64,000 nucleotides of DNA from Candidatus Methanosuratincola mesotaenarum (lineage in GTDB: Archaea; Thermoproteota; Methanomethylicia; Methanomethylicales; Methanomethylicaceae): contig JAULTC010000001.1 of the NCBI GenBank assembly GCA_038801705.1, positions 169,916 to 233,915 of the forward strand, read 5' to 3'. Below are positions 61,962-64,000 of this stretch, one piece after another; position 1 is the first letter of the stretch; every line of letters starts with the position of its first letter. The position numbers and the translations under genes were made by a program. The notes below the pieces were generated by a model that did no database searches, was not told the DNA's origin, and saw nothing but the letters and a program-made list of their open reading frames with translations.

Positions 61962-62353
61962 CCGTGCTCGGAGTAAACGTCCTCCTTTGGATTCTCAGAG
62001 AAGTAGTTATCCAGAACCTCGATCAGTACCTTGAGCGGCTTCACGCCGACTATCCTTGCCACCTTCCGCCCTTCCCTGAAAAGGAGGATGGTAGGCACCG
62101 ACATCACACCCAGGCGGTTTGCCAAAGTGCTGGTCCCTACATTTACCTTGCCGAAAGAGACGTCCTGGCGGAGGCTTGCTAGCTCCCCGAATATCATCAA
62201 TAGCATCCTGCAGGGCATGCACGACCCGCTCCAGAAGAGCACGGCCGCGTATTTCGCGCCTGCAATGAACCTGCCAAAATTCCGATCATCGAGGTCCAAG
62301 GGCTGCGCCCCCTGTCCCTTTCCATCGTCATCAACTTTCTCATCCCCCGGCAT
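61943..62353 (-). CDS. thioredoxin-fold protein with CMPC active site
   Basis: ...FWSGSCMPCRM... is a CxxC in Trx position, followed by a cis-Pro (SVPT) region. N-terminal about 30 aa acidic extension. Confidence 0.7.
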   Translation of the reverse strand: MPGDEKVDDDGKGQGAQPLDLDDRNFGRFIAGAKYAAVLFWSGSCMPCRMLLMIFGELASLRQDVSFGKVNVGTSTLANRLGVMSVPTILLFREGRKVARIVGVKPLKVLIEVLDNYFSENPKEDVYSEHGQSSIM

Positions 62354-63113
62354 TGCATGGACCTCCCTTGTCGAGCAGGGCAGTGTATTTCCTTATCCTC
62401 GTGAGCACAAGGTAGATCAGTGGGATCAGCATCAAGCCCAGTAGACCTGTAGCCGCGGTGGATCCGAACAACATGGAGGAGGAGGAGAGGAAGTTGAAGA
62501 GGGCGTGCAAGCCGATCGCGGTTGCCAGGTAACGCGTTACCTCAAAGAAACGAATGCCCCCACGGTTGGCTATCAGGGATTTCGAGAGTCCGAGACCGGT
62601 GATCGCGGTTGCGGAGGCGTGCAAGAAAGAGGAGAGAACCGATCGGACAGCGACCAATGCAAGCCCTGAGGTTAGCCCCCCGGCTAGTGCCTGCTCCCAG
62701 CCATAGATCACGTTCTCCGTGAGGGCAAATCCAAACCCGATTGCCATCCCATATACCATCCCGTCCTCCACTTCCCTTATCTTCCCCAAAATCAAACGGA
62801 AGCCGGTCATCTTTATGGACTCCTCAACTAGGGGCGCAACCACCAGCACAGATGCGATGAGGACCAGATCCGCCTGCATCTCGATCGGGATCAAGATCAC
62901 AGTCCTGAAGAGCCCGAAGAAGATGGCATTGAAGACCGTCGAGACTATAACTGCGAGGAAAACGGTGTAGGTTGCACCGATCGCCAGTGCACGGTAAAGG
63001 TCCTTAAGCTCCTCCCTGTTGCAGATCTCCCACCCCCTTACCCACACCAAGTAGGCAAGCGGAGGGAGGGCAGAGGCAACCAGTATGATCAGCAGGTCGG
63101 AGATCTCTGGCAC
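62340..63113 (-). CDS. CPBP-family intramembrane metalloprotease (CAAX protease/Abi-like)
   Basis: EESIKMTGFR is EExxxR-like; FLHA; HALFNF is HxxxN. Six to seven TM helices. Confidence 0.7.
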   Translation of the reverse strand: MPEISDLLIILVASALPPLAYLVWVRGWEICNREELKDLYRALAIGATYTVFLAVIVSTVFNAIFFGLFRTVILIPIEMQADLVLIASVLVVAPLVEESIKMTGFRLILGKIREVEDGMVYGMAIGFGFALTENVIYGWEQALAGGLTSGLALVAVRSVLSSFLHASATAITGLGLSKSLIANRGGIRFFEVTRYLATAIGLHALFNFLSSSSMLFGSTAATGLLGLMLIPLIYLVLTRIRKYTALLDKGGPCNAGG

Positions 63114-63226
63114 AATGATAATTCGACTACCTAGTAAATAAGCGCAGTGCGTGCCTCAAGGCGTTGGTTGGGAAGGGGGTTTCAGAAAATCATATAATTA
63201 GCTCATTGCAGCTTTACTTGTAAAAG

Positions 63227-63805
63227 GTGGAAATGATGTCGGCAAAAACCCTTAATCCAGCATCGCTTGGGCTGGCTGCGTTTGCAATGACTACAACTGT
63301 CCTCTGCCTCTTTATGATCGGAGCGCTGCCTTCCACATGGGTGACGATAGTTATCCCCCTCGCGATCTCCTACGGGGGCTTGATGCAGATAATAGTAGGG
63401 CTGTGGGAGGCGAAGCTCGGCAATACCTTCGGCTTTGTTGCCTTCTCATCTTATGGGGCATTCTGGACGTACTATGCCCTCGTAAGCATAATGTCAAGCA
63501 TAGGCCTGATAGCAGTCAGCGCGACTGCGGCAGGCGTTGTGCTACTCCTCTGGGGCTTCCTGACGCTTTACCTTTGGATAGCATCGCTGAAGGCGCCGCT
63601 AGTAAACTGCATGGTATTCCTGTTCCTGACGTTGACGTTCTTTGTACTTGGCATCGGCGACATAACAGGGATCAGCATCATCTCGAAGGCAGGAGGGGCC
63701 CTTGGACTCCTCACCGCTGCGCTCGCATGGTATAACTCCTTAGCAATAGTCATAAACGACATGCATGGAAAAGTAGTAGTACCCATAGGAAAACCCCTCA
63801 TGTGA
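63227..63805 (+). CDS. acetate uptake transporter family protein (GPR1/FUN34/YaaH, SatP-like)
   Basis: NPASLGLAAFAMTT matches the family signature NPAPLGLxGFAxTT; six TM helices. Confidence 0.8.
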   Translation: MEMMSAKTLNPASLGLAAFAMTTTVLCLFMIGALPSTWVTIVIPLAISYGGLMQIIVGLWEAKLGNTFGFVAFSSYGAFWTYYALVSIMSSIGLIAVSATAAGVVLLLWGFLTLYLWIASLKAPLVNCMVFLFLTLTFFVLGIGDITGISIISKAGGALGLLTAALAWYNSLAIVINDMHGKVVVPIGKPLM

Positions 63806-63809
63806 GAGG

Positions 63810-63827
63810 GGCATTTTTTAAAATGCC
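63810..63827. terminator. perfect palindrome GGCATTTT/TTAAAATGCC between convergent genes
   Basis: 8-nt stem hairpin with an oligo-T run, immediately after the SatP-like stop and before a minus-strand gene ending at 63931. Archaeal-terminator-like. Confidence 0.5.
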
Positions 63828-63930
63828 AATTACCTTTATCGAGGTTGGGATTCCTGAGAGTTCGTGAACTGCCCTCGCTTAGCAAGGGGAATTCTCGCCG
63901 AAGCGGCTAAAGGGCTGTACCGTATGCCTT

Positions 63931-64000
63931 AATGGTATGCCCAAGCCTCCTCGCACCCTCCCATATCTGTTCTATCGAGGGGTAACTGTAATTTATCCTC
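63931..64000 (-). CDS. 3' end of an unidentified gene running off the window
   Basis: Open minus-strand frame ending ...LDRTDMGGCEEAWAYH with TAA complement at 63931-63933. Too short to classify. Confidence 0.3.

Overview
This is a high-GC (about 58-60%) archaeal chromosomal segment (archaeal-type HerA/NurA/Mre11/Rad50 genes; proteome is not acidic like haloarchaea), and most of it is core metabolism. From the left: a partial ATP-cone (ribonucleotide-reductase-like) gene, a complete histidine operon hisZ-G-D-C-B-H-A-F-IE, a PfkB sugar kinase, then a rearranged noncoding or membrane-gene region. Next come the DNA-repair genes nurA-herA-mre11-rad50, a COG1373 ATPase-nuclease gene inserted with a 101-bp duplication of the rad50 3' end, a radical SAM/SPASM protein, a UPF0104 membrane protein and lone dihydrolipoamide dehydrogenase. 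An AT-rich patch with a frameshifted membrane gene follows. After it lie MgtC, a thioredoxin-reductase-like flavoprotein with SxxC in place of CxxC, acetyl-CoA synthetase, NikR with a ZnuABC-type metal transporter, a HAD phosphatase, two ABC-2 exporter pairs, PadR, PurC and an MtaA/CmuA-family methyltransferase. Further right are a GT2 glycosyltransferase pseudogene, a small radical SAM enzyme, trpD, a RAM-domain gene and trpCFBA. The right end holds a LEA14/WHy protein, a decayed vapBC pair, the purine cluster (two tandem PurF genes, the second lacking Cys1, then purD-T-E-S-L-Q), a thioredoxin, a CPBP protease and a SatP-family acetate channel. No rRNA, tRNA or cas genes were recognised by eye. 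The most unusual items are: (i) a CRISPR-like pair of identical 39-nt direct repeats bracketing a 34-37-nt segment copied from the 3' end of the trxB-like gene 18 kb away; (ii) a 70-nt intergenic element present three times; (iii) the 101-bp rad50-end duplication flanking the ATPase-nuclease cassette; (iv) a 19/20-nt motif shared by the two noncoding regions that flank the his operon.
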